Assembly (NCBI GenBank): GCA_963770835.1
Contig: CAVYRH010000008.1
Location: forward strand, 96,001-160,000
Length of the DNA stretch: 64,000 nt
Direction of reading: 5' to 3'
Source: an uncultured Pseudomonadota bacterium
Lineage (GTDB): Bacteria > Oederibacteriota > Muellerivitia > Muellerivitales > Muellerivitaceae
The stretch's first letter is position 1; each line of letters starts with the position of its first letter. Of the stretch, positions 37,527 to 46,794 are shown one piece after another. A program made the translations under genes and the position numbers. The notes beneath the pieces are model-generated. The model saw only the letters and a list, made by a program, of their open reading frames with translations. It ran no database searches and was not told where the DNA came from.

Positions 37527-38153
37527 TCATCTTACCCTCATCTTTTCCTTTTCCCATTCCATAAACCGGACCAGTTTGGGCAACAGTTTCTTTCCATCGT
37601 TCAGGATGACTTCCATGATGAAAATCCCCCTGGAGCCGTGGTAAAGGATCTCCGCCCGTTCATTCAATTTTTTCCCCAAGGGCTCGATTTCCCCGCGCTG
37701 GACCCCCCGTTCCAGGAACTTCCTGCACAGGTCGATGCCCAGGGCATTGAACCGCCGGATGATCTTCAGTACTTCCCTGTCCCGCACCGCCAGCAAATAA
37801 AGCTCGACCACCGCCTTCACGGACTGGGCGGTGAACATCATTTTTTTCACCTTCGCGGACTCGAGGTATTCCTTGAGGACCTCCTCATTCGATAGGTCGT
37901 TTCGGAAACCCCGTTCCATCCCCTTGAAAGCTTCTTCCATCAGGATCTCGAACATCTGGAGGAACAGCTCGGATTTGCTTTTGAAATGGTGGTAAAAGCC
38001 TCCCTTGGACCGCTTGGCCCGGAGCACCACGTCGTCCACGGAAGTTTCGTGGTAACCCTTCTCGCAAAACAACTCAAAAGCCGCCTGGAGGAATTCTTGG
38101 CGGGAAGCTTTCGGTTCCTTAGGCCGCCTCAATCCGCCCTTTCGGTCAGTCAT
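37527..38153 (-). CDS. TetR/AcrR transcriptional regulator
   Basis: AAFELFCEKGYHETSVDDV...SKGGFYHHFKSK. Confidence 0.9.
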   Translation of the reverse strand: MTDRKGGLRRPKEPKASRQEFLQAAFELFCEKGYHETSVDDVVLRAKRSKGGFYHHFKSKSELFLQMFEILMEEAFKGMERGFRNDLSNEEVLKEYLESAKVKKMMFTAQSVKAVVELYLLAVRDREVLKIIRRFNALGIDLCRKFLERGVQRGEIEPLGKKLNERAEILYHGSRGIFIMEVILNDGKKLLPKLVRFMEWEKEKMRVR

Positions 38154-39411
38154 AAAAACTCGCCTCCAAGATAAAAGTGGGTGGAACCGCCCCAAATTGG
38201 CTTTGGGCAACCGTATTGAGGGAGGCCGCGCCGTAGGCGAAATAAACCGCCCCTAACACGGTGATGTTCTGGCCCGCGTCCCAGGACAGGGATGGGACCA
38301 AAACCCCCGAATCGTCGATGAGGCTTTGCAGGACTTCCAGGTTGCCGTGCCAGAAACCGTCCAGGTCATAGCTCGCCTGGAATCCCAGGGCCTGTCTTCC
38401 GGTGATCTGGGTATCGCCCCGCTCGATGCGGTTCAAATAATCCGGGTTGGCCAGCAAGGCCGGTAAGCCGCCGGCCTTCGCCACCCCGAAGCCCGAATAG
38501 TGGTATTCCAGGAGGATTTTCAAACCCGTTCCGATATTGAAGTTGTTGGAAAAACCAAGGAGGGTCTTGGGGACGAGGCCGGGGTCGCCGAACATGCCCG
38601 AACCGGGCACGTCCCCGGGCGTCTGGAACACCGCGAACTCGCCATGGGCTTCCAGGTCCCCGATCACGACCGAACTGGTGGCGCCGTACATCATGTCCTG
38701 CGCCCTCTTGGCGACCAACAGTTCCTCATCGATGTTGCCCTCATAACCCCGGAACCTTACCCCCAGGGCCGATTGGTCCCAGGTGGGTCCCCAGGCCGAA
38801 ACCATATCCACCGAAGTGGTGTCGGTGGTCTTGATGTCCGCCCGGATGGCGTCCACGCCGCTGCGCCATTCCTTATCGAGCTGGAGCGGGGTGAACGGCG
38901 AGAAAATATCCACCGCGCTGAAAAGTGTTCCCCGGCCCCAGCCGATGGCCTGCCGCCCGATCGTCAGGTTGATATTTTGGGTTTGATAGGCGAAGGAAGC
39001 CCGGTCCAATTCCTGGTAATCCAGGGTTTTCCCCGTTTGAAAAAGGTTTCCGCCGATTTGGGTAATGCGATAGGGAACGGGATAGGTGGTCAAGAGCGCG
39101 GAGGAGATTCCCAGCGAGGAACCGTTCACCCCGATGACCCGGTTGTCATAGGCGGCGTCCAAAACGATTTCGGATTTCTGGCTGTAAATAGCCTCAAACC
39201 GGATGCGGCCGAAGAGGGCTTCCGACGGGCCCATGCCCTCCAGCGAAGGGTCCGAGGAGGGAGCGGAGACGAACCCGAATGTTTCCAGGGCCGAGTTGAA
39301 CTTGAGTGACGAATCGCCTTCCTCGTCGGTCCAAAGGTCCCTGGCGGGACAGACCGTATATAGGAAGAGGAATGCCAGGCCCAGCCATAAACCCAACCGG
39401 GCCCTCTTCAT
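38146..39411 (-). CDS. Putative outer-membrane beta-barrel in the ABC operon
   Basis: Signal peptide; LDRA, GRQAIGWG, D.FSPF, GVDA; aromatic C-terminus. Confidence 0.7.
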   Translation of the reverse strand: MKRARLGLWLGLAFLFLYTVCPARDLWTDEEGDSSLKFNSALETFGFVSAPSSDPSLEGMGPSEALFGRIRFEAIYSQKSEIVLDAAYDNRVIGVNGSSLGISSALLTTYPVPYRITQIGGNLFQTGKTLDYQELDRASFAYQTQNINLTIGRQAIGWGRGTLFSAVDIFSPFTPLQLDKEWRSGVDAIRADIKTTDTTSVDMVSAWGPTWDQSALGVRFRGYEGNIDEELLVAKRAQDMMYGATSSVVIGDLEAHGEFAVFQTPGDVPGSGMFGDPGLVPKTLLGFSNNFNIGTGLKILLEYHYSGFGVAKAGGLPALLANPDYLNRIERGDTQITGRQALGFQASYDLDGFWHGNLEVLQSLIDDSGVLVPSLSWDAGQNITVLGAVYFAYGAASLNTVAQSQFGAVPPTFILEASFYD

Positions 39412-40097
39412 TGCGGATGGTCCTCCCGGATCACCCCGTCTTCCAGGGTGACCACCCTCGCCGCCCGGTTCATCATCCTCTGGTCATGGGTGGCGAAGAG
39501 GAAAGTCATGCCGTATTTATTTCTAAGCCCCAGCATCATGTCCATCAAGGATTCGGCGTTGGCGCCATCCAGGTTGGCAGTGGGCTCGTCCGCCAGCACC
39601 AATTTGGGCCGGGAGACGACCGCCCGGGCCACCGCCACCCGCTGCTGTTGGCCGCCTGAAAGTTCCGCGGGCCTGCGGTCGGCCAGCTCGGCCAGCCCTA
39701 ATTCATTCAATATTTCCATGGCCCGGTCCCGCCTTTCGGACCCTACGCCTTGCAGTTCCAGCACGAACTCGACGTTTTCAATGGCGGTCAGGACCGGCAC
39801 CAGGTTGTAGGCCTGGAACACGAACCCCAAACTATGCAGGCGCAGGTCGGCGCGTTGTTGCTTGGAAAGCTTGGAGACTTCCTGTCCCAAAACGTGGAGT
39901 TCCCCGCTGGTCGGCGAATCCAAGGCGCCGATCAGGTTCAGGAAGGTGCTTTTGCCGCTGCCGCTGGGTCCCACCAGGGCCGCGAACTCGCCTTCCTTGA
40001 GTTCGAAATCGACGCCCTTCAGGGCCTGGACCTCAAACTTCCCGGCCGTGAAGGTCTTTTTCAAGCCTTTGGCTGAAATCAACAAGGAGTCGCTCAT
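39408..40097 (-). CDS. ABC transporter ATP-binding protein (LolD/MacB-like)
   Basis: GPSGSGKST, LSGGQQQRV, LADEPT, ATHD. Confidence 0.92.
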   Translation of the reverse strand: MSDSLLISAKGLKKTFTAGKFEVQALKGVDFELKEGEFAALVGPSGSGKSTFLNLIGALDSPTSGELHVLGQEVSKLSKQQRADLRLHSLGFVFQAYNLVPVLTAIENVEFVLELQGVGSERRDRAMEILNELGLAELADRRPAELSGGQQQRVAVARAVVSRPKLVLADEPTANLDGANAESLMDMMLGLRNKYGMTFLFATHDQRMMNRAARVVTLEDGVIREDHPQ

Positions 40098-41350
40098 AAG
40101 GCCGTCCTTAGGGCTTCCGCCGGATCCAGCCGCACCGCGAACCAGGCCGGATAGAGGGAAGCCAGGAATGTGGACGCGTAGGCTAAAAAAGCCGCGTCGG
40201 TAAAAAACCAAAGGCCGAAACTTCCATACATGACCGGGTCGATGACCGTTCCCACCGCGGTCATGGACTGTCCGGCCAGTGGGAGTCCCACTTTGGCGAA
40301 GTAGTAAGTAATGGGGCCCGCCAGGGCCAGGATGAGCGCCAGCGAGATCGTGCCCAGCGCGAAAGCCTCGCTCAAGGCCAGCTTAACGACCGAACGGCTC
40401 CCCATTCCCAGGGCCGAAAGGATGGCCAATTCCTTCCGCCTCTCCAGCATGGCGGTCAATTGGGCGCTGGCCACTCCCAGGAAGGCCACCGAAACCAGGA
40501 GGACGGTGATCAAACCGGCCATGACCGCGTTCATTTGGACCGCCTCCTGGCTTTGGGGGCTGACCTCGGCCCAGGTCCAGGCCTTGTCCCCCGCCGGAAG
40601 TTGGGACTGGATCCAGCCCCGGACCGAATCCGCCTTGTCCGCGTCCTTGAGGATGACCGTGATTTCCCCCGCGCCCGGGATCCCGCTGAGGTCCTCCACG
40701 TCCTCCATCGTCGTTTGGCAGATCAATTGGTCCATTTGCTTGGTCCCCAGGTTGACGATGCCCACCACGTCGAACATGTCGCTTTTCATGGCGCCCAATG
40801 GGTCCACCACCGTGGCCTCCACCTGATCGCCCGTGGCAACCCCCAAATGATCGGCGATTGATCTTCCCAAAACCATCGCGTGCCGGTCGCCCGTTTGCAG
40901 GTACCGGCCCGATTCCATTTGCCGCACGTAACGCAGGGCCTTGGGCTCGTTCTGCGGGTCCACCCCCGTGATTTCCACGCCGCTGAGCCGGGTGCCCATG
41001 GCAAGCATGCCCTGGATTTTGACCCGCGGCGTGGCCACCTTGACCTCGGGGTTGCCGCGCAATTGGCCGAGGACTTTCTGCCAATCGGCCAGGCGAAGCT
41101 GGTCGTTGCGCCCGATGATCCAATTGTCCGCGGCCACCTTGATGTGGCCGGTCCCTCCCTCGGCTACGTTGCGGATGAGCATCTCGACCTTCCCCTTGGA
41201 CAGGCCGATGTCGATGAGCGCGATGGAGCACCCGATGGCGACCCCCAGGGCCGAAAGGAGGGTGCGCCGGTGGTTGCGGCTCAGGTTCCGGACGGTGAAT
41301 TTGGAGGTGATGGAAAGCCGGTCCATCCCATTAAAAAGTTTTAATGGCAT
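40094..41350 (-). CDS. ABC permease, FtsX/LolE-like
   Basis: RNLSRNHRRT, ERRKELAILSALG, YPAWFAVRLDPAEALR. Confidence 0.88.
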   Translation of the reverse strand: MPLKLFNGMDRLSITSKFTVRNLSRNHRRTLLSALGVAIGCSIALIDIGLSKGKVEMLIRNVAEGGTGHIKVAADNWIIGRNDQLRLADWQKVLGQLRGNPEVKVATPRVKIQGMLAMGTRLSGVEITGVDPQNEPKALRYVRQMESGRYLQTGDRHAMVLGRSIADHLGVATGDQVEATVVDPLGAMKSDMFDVVGIVNLGTKQMDQLICQTTMEDVEDLSGIPGAGEITVILKDADKADSVRGWIQSQLPAGDKAWTWAEVSPQSQEAVQMNAVMAGLITVLLVSVAFLGVASAQLTAMLERRKELAILSALGMGSRSVVKLALSEAFALGTISLALILALAGPITYYFAKVGLPLAGQSMTAVGTVIDPVMYGSFGLWFFTDAAFLAYASTFLASLYPAWFAVRLDPAEALRTAL

Positions 41351-42591
41351 GAGCGCATGGCCTCCACCGGTTCCAGCTTGCCGATCCTTTTGGCGGGCCA
41401 AATAGAAGCCAGGAGGGACGTGACGCAGACGGCCACGACGCCGCCCAGGACGTCCTGGAGCTTCAGCACAAAGAAGATGTTCCCGTTGAGGTTCATCCCC
41501 TCGATACCGAAACCCCCGTTCTTGAACGCCGGCCCCAAATCGAGGCCGTGTTGGACGAAGTGCCAGGTGACGCCCAATCCGATAAGGGTGCCGGCCCCGA
41601 CGCCGACGATCCCCAGGGTGAGGGACTCGAAGATCACCATCCGCAGAAGGCGGAAGGGCTTGCAACCCAGCGCCAGCAGCATGCCGAATTCATGGACCCT
41701 CTCGAAAGTGGCCATCAGCATCGTGTTCGCCACGCCCGCCATGGTGGTGAGAAAGACGAGAAGGAGAATGACGACGTTCATTTTTCCGATCATTTGAAGC
41801 AGGGTCACCATGTAGGGAACCAGTTGGTCCCAGCTGAGGATTTCATAGGGCTGGAGGGCCGGGAGGTTTTTGAGCGAGGATAAAACGCCCGGAATAGCCG
41901 CCTGGCTGTCCGCGTGGATGGCCAGTTCGTGCACCTGGTCCCCCATGGCCAGGAAGTCCTGGGAGGCCTTCAGGTCCATGACGATCCCGCCCTGGTTGAT
42001 CTGGTCGATGGGGGTATTGATGACCACCTTGATCCGGTAGAGCCCGCTGGTGATGGATCCGTCCACCGCCTGGCCCATCAAAGCCAGGGTGTCGCCCGGT
42101 TTAAGGCCCATATCCTCGGCCAGTCCCCGGCCCACCAGCACCTCGGCGGAACCCGGAATTTGCTGGGGGGAAAGTCCCTCCAAAATACCCCCCGGCGCGC
42201 TTTCGGAGGGCACATTCAATCCTGTCACCTCGGCGACGTGCCCCATTTCCTGGAGCGAAGCCAGGACGGGGGCGTAAATCCTGGCCGAAACGCTTTTAAC
42301 GTGGGGTTGTTGCAGGATGAGGCTTTCCAGGGCGGAAGCCTTGTCGATCACGCGTTCCATGGCGCCGTCGTCCCTGTATTTCTTGGCGTGGATTTGGATA
42401 TGGCCCAGCAGGGGGCCGGTCAAGGTGTCGAAAATCTTCGCGTCTTCACCGTTCATGAAACTGTTGATGAAGATGAGGGTGGCTTGGGCGATGGCGATGG
42501 CCAGGCAGGCCATGGCCGTTCGTTTCGGGTTTCGGCCCAAATTGCGCCAGCCGATGAGGGCGTCCGAGCGCCAGCCGGCGGGGGCGCCCAT
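41341..42591 (-). CDS. ABC permease, FtsX/LolE-like
   Basis: WRNLGRNPKRT, FERVHEFGMLLALG, WPA...LEPVEAMR. Confidence 0.88.
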   Translation of the reverse strand: MGAPAGWRSDALIGWRNLGRNPKRTAMACLAIAIAQATLIFINSFMNGEDAKIFDTLTGPLLGHIQIHAKKYRDDGAMERVIDKASALESLILQQPHVKSVSARIYAPVLASLQEMGHVAEVTGLNVPSESAPGGILEGLSPQQIPGSAEVLVGRGLAEDMGLKPGDTLALMGQAVDGSITSGLYRIKVVINTPIDQINQGGIVMDLKASQDFLAMGDQVHELAIHADSQAAIPGVLSSLKNLPALQPYEILSWDQLVPYMVTLLQMIGKMNVVILLLVFLTTMAGVANTMLMATFERVHEFGMLLALGCKPFRLLRMVIFESLTLGIVGVGAGTLIGLGVTWHFVQHGLDLGPAFKNGGFGIEGMNLNGNIFFVLKLQDVLGGVVAVCVTSLLASIWPAKRIGKLEPVEAMRSCH

Positions 42592-42592
42592 C

Positions 42593-43351
42593 TTATTGCC
42601 TTTCCAGTTGGGACAAGCTGAAGGTGCTGTCGGGAACCGCCGCGTTGAACTGCATGTCCAAATAATAAATATCCGTTTGATGCCCCGGCTGGTCCACCGA
42701 TTCCAGCGAAAGATGGGTCGGCAATAACCGCCCCCCCATGTTTTTAACGTCCAGGAACTTCATGGTCCGGGCCAATTGCCCCTTGCGGTTGAAATATTGG
42801 GCCTGGATGGGCAATGTGCCGGCTTCATTCAGGATAAACACGATTTTCTGCCACCGGCCCACCACCCCGGGCCGGACATCCATCGTCATCTTCCAACCCG
42901 CCGGGTCGGCCGAATGCCCGTCGAGGCGGGTGTCGAAATCGTTCAAGTAGGAGGTGCTTTTGACCAGGTCGTCGTTGGTGAAGTCGGTTCCCATCCAGGA
43001 ACTGAGCATCATGGAGGGGGGAATGCGGATGGTGCGGGATATTTTGGGGAGGTAATTCCAAAGGTTGTTCCCGACTTTCAGGGTGGCGGTTCCGGCCTCC
43101 CTGGCCGGGTCGTCGATAATGATCAGGGACTTTTCCGTTCCCTTGGTCCAAATGCGCATTTTGAGGATGCGGTTTTGGGTCTCGGTTTTGGCGGTCAATT
43201 TCATTTCGCCGGTGGAGGCCGACGACCGGAACAAGTCGTCCAGGAGGTGGACGACAGCCTTCACGTCGGGCGGCGTCCCGGCGGAAGTGTTTGAAACCCA
43301 CAGGAGGAACATCCCCAGCCCGGCAATAAAGGTTTGAAATTGATTTTTCAC
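42593..43351 (-). CDS. LolA-like outer membrane lipoprotein-sorting protein
   Basis: LWNYLPKISRTIRIPPSMMLSSWMGTDFTNDDLV. Confidence 0.85.
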   Translation of the reverse strand: MKNQFQTFIAGLGMFLLWVSNTSAGTPPDVKAVVHLLDDLFRSSASTGEMKLTAKTETQNRILKMRIWTKGTEKSLIIIDDPAREAGTATLKVGNNLWNYLPKISRTIRIPPSMMLSSWMGTDFTNDDLVKSTSYLNDFDTRLDGHSADPAGWKMTMDVRPGVVGRWQKIVFILNEAGTLPIQAQYFNRKGQLARTMKFLDVKNMGGRLLPTHLSLESVDQPGHQTDIYYLDMQFNAAVPDSTFSLSQLERQ

Positions 43352-43410
43352 GATTCACCTCCCACGCCTTCACCAAATTAACGGGTCTTCAGGGGCAAAG
43401 CAACCCCAAT

Positions 43411-43426
43411 CAGACTAATGAGTCTG
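43411..43426. promoter_or_regulatory. Candidate TetR operator of the ABC operon
   Basis: CAGACT-aatg-AGTCTG perfect inverted repeat about 60 nt upstream of the first gene. Confidence 0.6.
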
Positions 43427-43670
43427 TTTTAACACATCATTGAGACAGCTACCGAATTGATCTTCTTGTATTCCTGGTGAACATGATAAACCGCTCTCAA
43501 TAAGATGGATCCGTCCGGGATGGATTTTGTCTACGCATAGGGAAAAATAATTCGGGGCGGGGTAAATTTCATTAGCAACAGCGATTGCCTTCGGCTTTTT
43601 CTTTGTCCAATGCAGGTCCCCGTCGTGGACAAGCTTTTATCCCACAGCAGACGTGCCATCAAAAAAGTTC

Positions 43671-44321
43671 TTACAGATCATATTTCAACCCTATGTCGAA
43701 GGATTCAAAGTCATAACCTTGATATTCCTTATTGAGGATGCCGTTCCAATCCCACTGAAAGAGGAGATAGGTTTGGGGCCAAAGCTTGACGTCCATCCCA
43801 ACCCCGGCCAAAAGGGCGATGCCCACCCCGCTATCCGCCGGACTGGTGAGAGAAAAGGGATAGCCGTAATTCGGATTGGTAGTCGTCAACCCTTCCAGGT
43901 TGAAGAGGTGCATTCCCGTGCCGAACGAGGCATAGGGCACCACCGGATTATCCTGGGCGAGGAATTTGAATTTCCCATTGATCAGGAAAGCGAGATCCTC
44001 CTCCCCTCCCCCCGAGACGGTCGCCCCCCCATTGTTTTTGTAATAATCAGGATTCACCGGCAAAGAGTAATAACGGACGTTGAATACCAGGGAGAAGAGC
44101 TGGGAGAGATCGACGCCCAAACCCAAACCGAAATTGTATCCCGGGTTTACCTCGGTTTCGTCACTGGCGTCCGTGGTTGTCCCGCCGCCAAAAACATAGA
44201 GGGAGTAGCGGTGCTCCACGGGGGCCGGGGCGTTGGGTGGAGGAAGGTTGTCGGCTCGCAAACAAGAAAATGAGATCACGACCCAAAGAATAAAAACCAA
44301 GAATAGTGATCGGCGGTTCAT
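43671..44321 (-). CDS. Outer membrane beta-barrel protein (OmpW/OmpA-TM-like)
   Basis: Signal peptide; PYASFGTG; AGVG.D; C-terminal GLKYDL. Confidence 0.7.
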   Translation of the reverse strand: MNRRSLFLVFILWVVISFSCLRADNLPPPNAPAPVEHRYSLYVFGGGTTTDASDETEVNPGYNFGLGLGVDLSQLFSLVFNVRYYSLPVNPDYYKNNGGATVSGGGEEDLAFLINGKFKFLAQDNPVVPYASFGTGMHLFNLEGLTTTNPNYGYPFSLTSPADSGVGIALLAGVGMDVKLWPQTYLLFQWDWNGILNKEYQGYDFESFDIGLKYDL

Positions 44322-44439
44322 GAATCCCCTTTTACAACTCTCAGAATCGAATGACATGGCTCCCGATATTAAACGGTTTTCAAATTCTCTTGTTCTTGTC
44401 CACTACACCTCCCCGTCGCGGACAAAGTTTTAGCCAGGC

Positions 44440-45732
44440 TCAGCTTTTACGCATTTCCAGGAAACTCTTGAAATCCATCGTGACCTGGTCGGCATAGGCG
44501 TGGGCGATCACCTGCAGCATGCTCAGGAACTTCTTTTCCCTTCCCTTCAGGCGCTTCCAGGTCTTGGCGGCGAAATTTTTGCGCGCCCGCGCGTGGGCCC
44601 GGGCCAGCACCTGGCCCATCTGCTGGGTGACGCCGGCGTCCACCTTGCCGAAGGGCAGGGCGTCCTTATAGGGCGACCTCTCCCTCACGCAGTATTCGCC
44701 GTCCTCCAGCTTCAACCAGCCCAGCCAGGGGTCCACGTCCTTCCCCAGGGCCTGGTAGGCCAGCACGACGCGAAAGGCGTGGTGGCCGCCGCAGGCTTCC
44801 TTGGTTTTGTGCTTGTACTTCTTCGGCAGGTAGGCCCAGGGGCTGGGTTTGGGTTGGAGCTTGATGTCCAGGATGCGGTAATACCCCTTGCCGCCCGCCT
44901 CCACCTCCGCCAAAACGTAATAGCGGTTGAACCCGTAGGATCCCACGCCCTGGTGAAGGCGCAAGGCGATGTCCTTCACCTCAAAATAACCGATTTGCTT
45001 GACGGGCCAGGGTTTCAATTCTTCGGCGTAATCCTTCAGGGCCTCCCGGATCTTGGTGTCCATTCCCGGCGGGATCGTGTCCAGGTCGGGGTTTTTCCGG
45101 TTGAAGACCAGGTCCCCCTGCTCCTCCACCGTCCAGCGGTCCAGCATCCTTTTGCGGTCGTGCTTGGCATAGACGTGCTCCAGGAAATGCCTCAAGCCGC
45201 CCTTGGCGGTCTTGTGGTCCATGGGCTCCCAGGCGCAATCCGGGTCCTTGGCGCAGCGTTCCACTTCCCGCAGGTATCCCTTGGCGCAGGCCTTCACCAG
45301 CTCCCGGCGGTGGTGGGGCTTCAGCTTGTTTTCCCTCGCCAAGAGGTTCAGGCTCACCACCAGCCGCCACAGGTCGAACTGGTAGTCGGCCACCACGCTT
45401 TCGTCAAAATCGGTCACGTCGTACACCAGCCGGCCCTTGGCGTCGGTGAAGGCGCCGAAGTTGCCGCAATGCATGTCCCCACAAAGCCAGGTGCGGTTGC
45501 CCATTTTGCCGCCGAAATACTTGGTCAGGTGGGTCGCGCCGAAATCGGCCCAATACAAATGGTCCGTTCCCCGGAAAAAAACGAAGGGCGACGACGACAT
45601 TTCCTTGAATTTCTCGTCGCGCCTTACGGGAATGAGCTTATGGTTGAAGAGGTCGATCTCTTTCCTCACCCAGTCGGGGCGGGGTTGGGGGAAAAGAACG
45701 TCGGCGTGGGGGTCCACGAAAGGCTTAGCCAT
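44440..45732 (-). CDS. DUF2252 family protein
   Basis: MSSSPFVFFRG, CGDMHCGNFG, DFDE, GVGSYG, LARAHAR, AYADQV..D. Confidence 0.85.
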   Translation of the reverse strand: MAKPFVDPHADVLFPQPRPDWVRKEIDLFNHKLIPVRRDEKFKEMSSSPFVFFRGTDHLYWADFGATHLTKYFGGKMGNRTWLCGDMHCGNFGAFTDAKGRLVYDVTDFDESVVADYQFDLWRLVVSLNLLARENKLKPHHRRELVKACAKGYLREVERCAKDPDCAWEPMDHKTAKGGLRHFLEHVYAKHDRKRMLDRWTVEEQGDLVFNRKNPDLDTIPPGMDTKIREALKDYAEELKPWPVKQIGYFEVKDIALRLHQGVGSYGFNRYYVLAEVEAGGKGYYRILDIKLQPKPSPWAYLPKKYKHKTKEACGGHHAFRVVLAYQALGKDVDPWLGWLKLEDGEYCVRERSPYKDALPFGKVDAGVTQQMGQVLARAHARARKNFAAKTWKRLKGREKKFLSMLQVIAHAYADQVTMDFKSFLEMRKS

Positions 45733-46038
45733 GGTTTATCCAATCTGGAAAAAATGAAGCCACAAGTATCAAGATACGCCCGTCATTCGCGGTGGACAAC
45801 GGCAAAAAACGGTTCCACGCCGCCCGCACTCAAGCGGGCGAAGCGTTGTGCAGAAGTCGCGCGAATCGGCGAAGCCGAAGAGCAAAAAAGGACTTCTGCG
45901 AAGCCGCCCGCCCTCAAGCCACTTTGCCGAGGCCACCAGCCGAGGCATAAGACTTGAGTGTATTGGAGCCAATATAAAAAAGGCTCCAATGAAAACTATT
46001 TTAAATTTGTGGAACCGCGGGTGGGGGATTCGGGAGGC

Positions 46039-46542
46039 CTATTCCGAAACCCAGGAAACGGGCAGGTTGGATTGGGGCACAGCCACCACGGACTGTAAAA
46101 AAGTGGTAAAAACGGAATTGCAGGTGACCCCCCCGGGAGTCGGGCAAGTTTCCCCTCCGTTGTGATAAAGCACTTGAATATGGTCCGGATAGGTGCAAAC
46201 GGAGACGATCACCGGCGGATTCGCCGAGCACATGCAATCGAAGACAACGGTTTGGCTTAATTCCAGGATCATTTGGGTTGAAAAATTGACCGCGGGAACC
46301 GCCGTTCCGGTCCCATTGACGTTGGTCCATTGCGTTTGGTTTTGGATCACATAATCTCCGCTGGCGACTCCCCAAGCGGGCGTGGAGGCGAGTGGCGTGA
46401 AACCGCAAACCGGGGTGGCAATGACGGTGGGGCTAGGGGTCGCGGTGGGCATCGGGTTCGGGCCGACGCCAATCGGTTGTTGGCAAGCCCAAGGCGCAAT
46501 GCACAAAACGATGAACACCGATGGGATAAGGAACCTTTTCAC
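46039..46542 (-). CDS. Lipoprotein with a PrcB C-terminal-like domain
   Basis: GGAGG + GTG start; PWAC lipobox-like; PAVNFSTQMI; Cys-rich. Confidence 0.55.
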   Translation of the reverse strand: MKRFLIPSVFIVLCIAPWACQQPIGVGPNPMPTATPSPTVIATPVCGFTPLASTPAWGVASGDYVIQNQTQWTNVNGTGTAVPAVNFSTQMILELSQTVVFDCMCSANPPVIVSVCTYPDHIQVLYHNGGETCPTPGGVTCNSVFTTFLQSVVAVPQSNLPVSWVSE

Positions 46543-46794
46543 GCGCCGCCTCCGGTTTAATATTGCCTTGATTATACCACTCAAAAAACATCCCCCAACG
46601 GAACAGCCAATTCCCAAACCGCTTAACCTTTCTCTCCGTATAGTGAACCGGCCTTCTTATTCCCGTTTAATCCTGAAAACAAACCGCAAAAACACCAAAT
46701 ATTCATAAGGCAACCTTAAAACCGGCCCAAATAGCTTAGCGATTCGAGTGGCTGGCTTGAGGTTCTTCTTGTTTGGATGCGGCTTTTGAACCGC

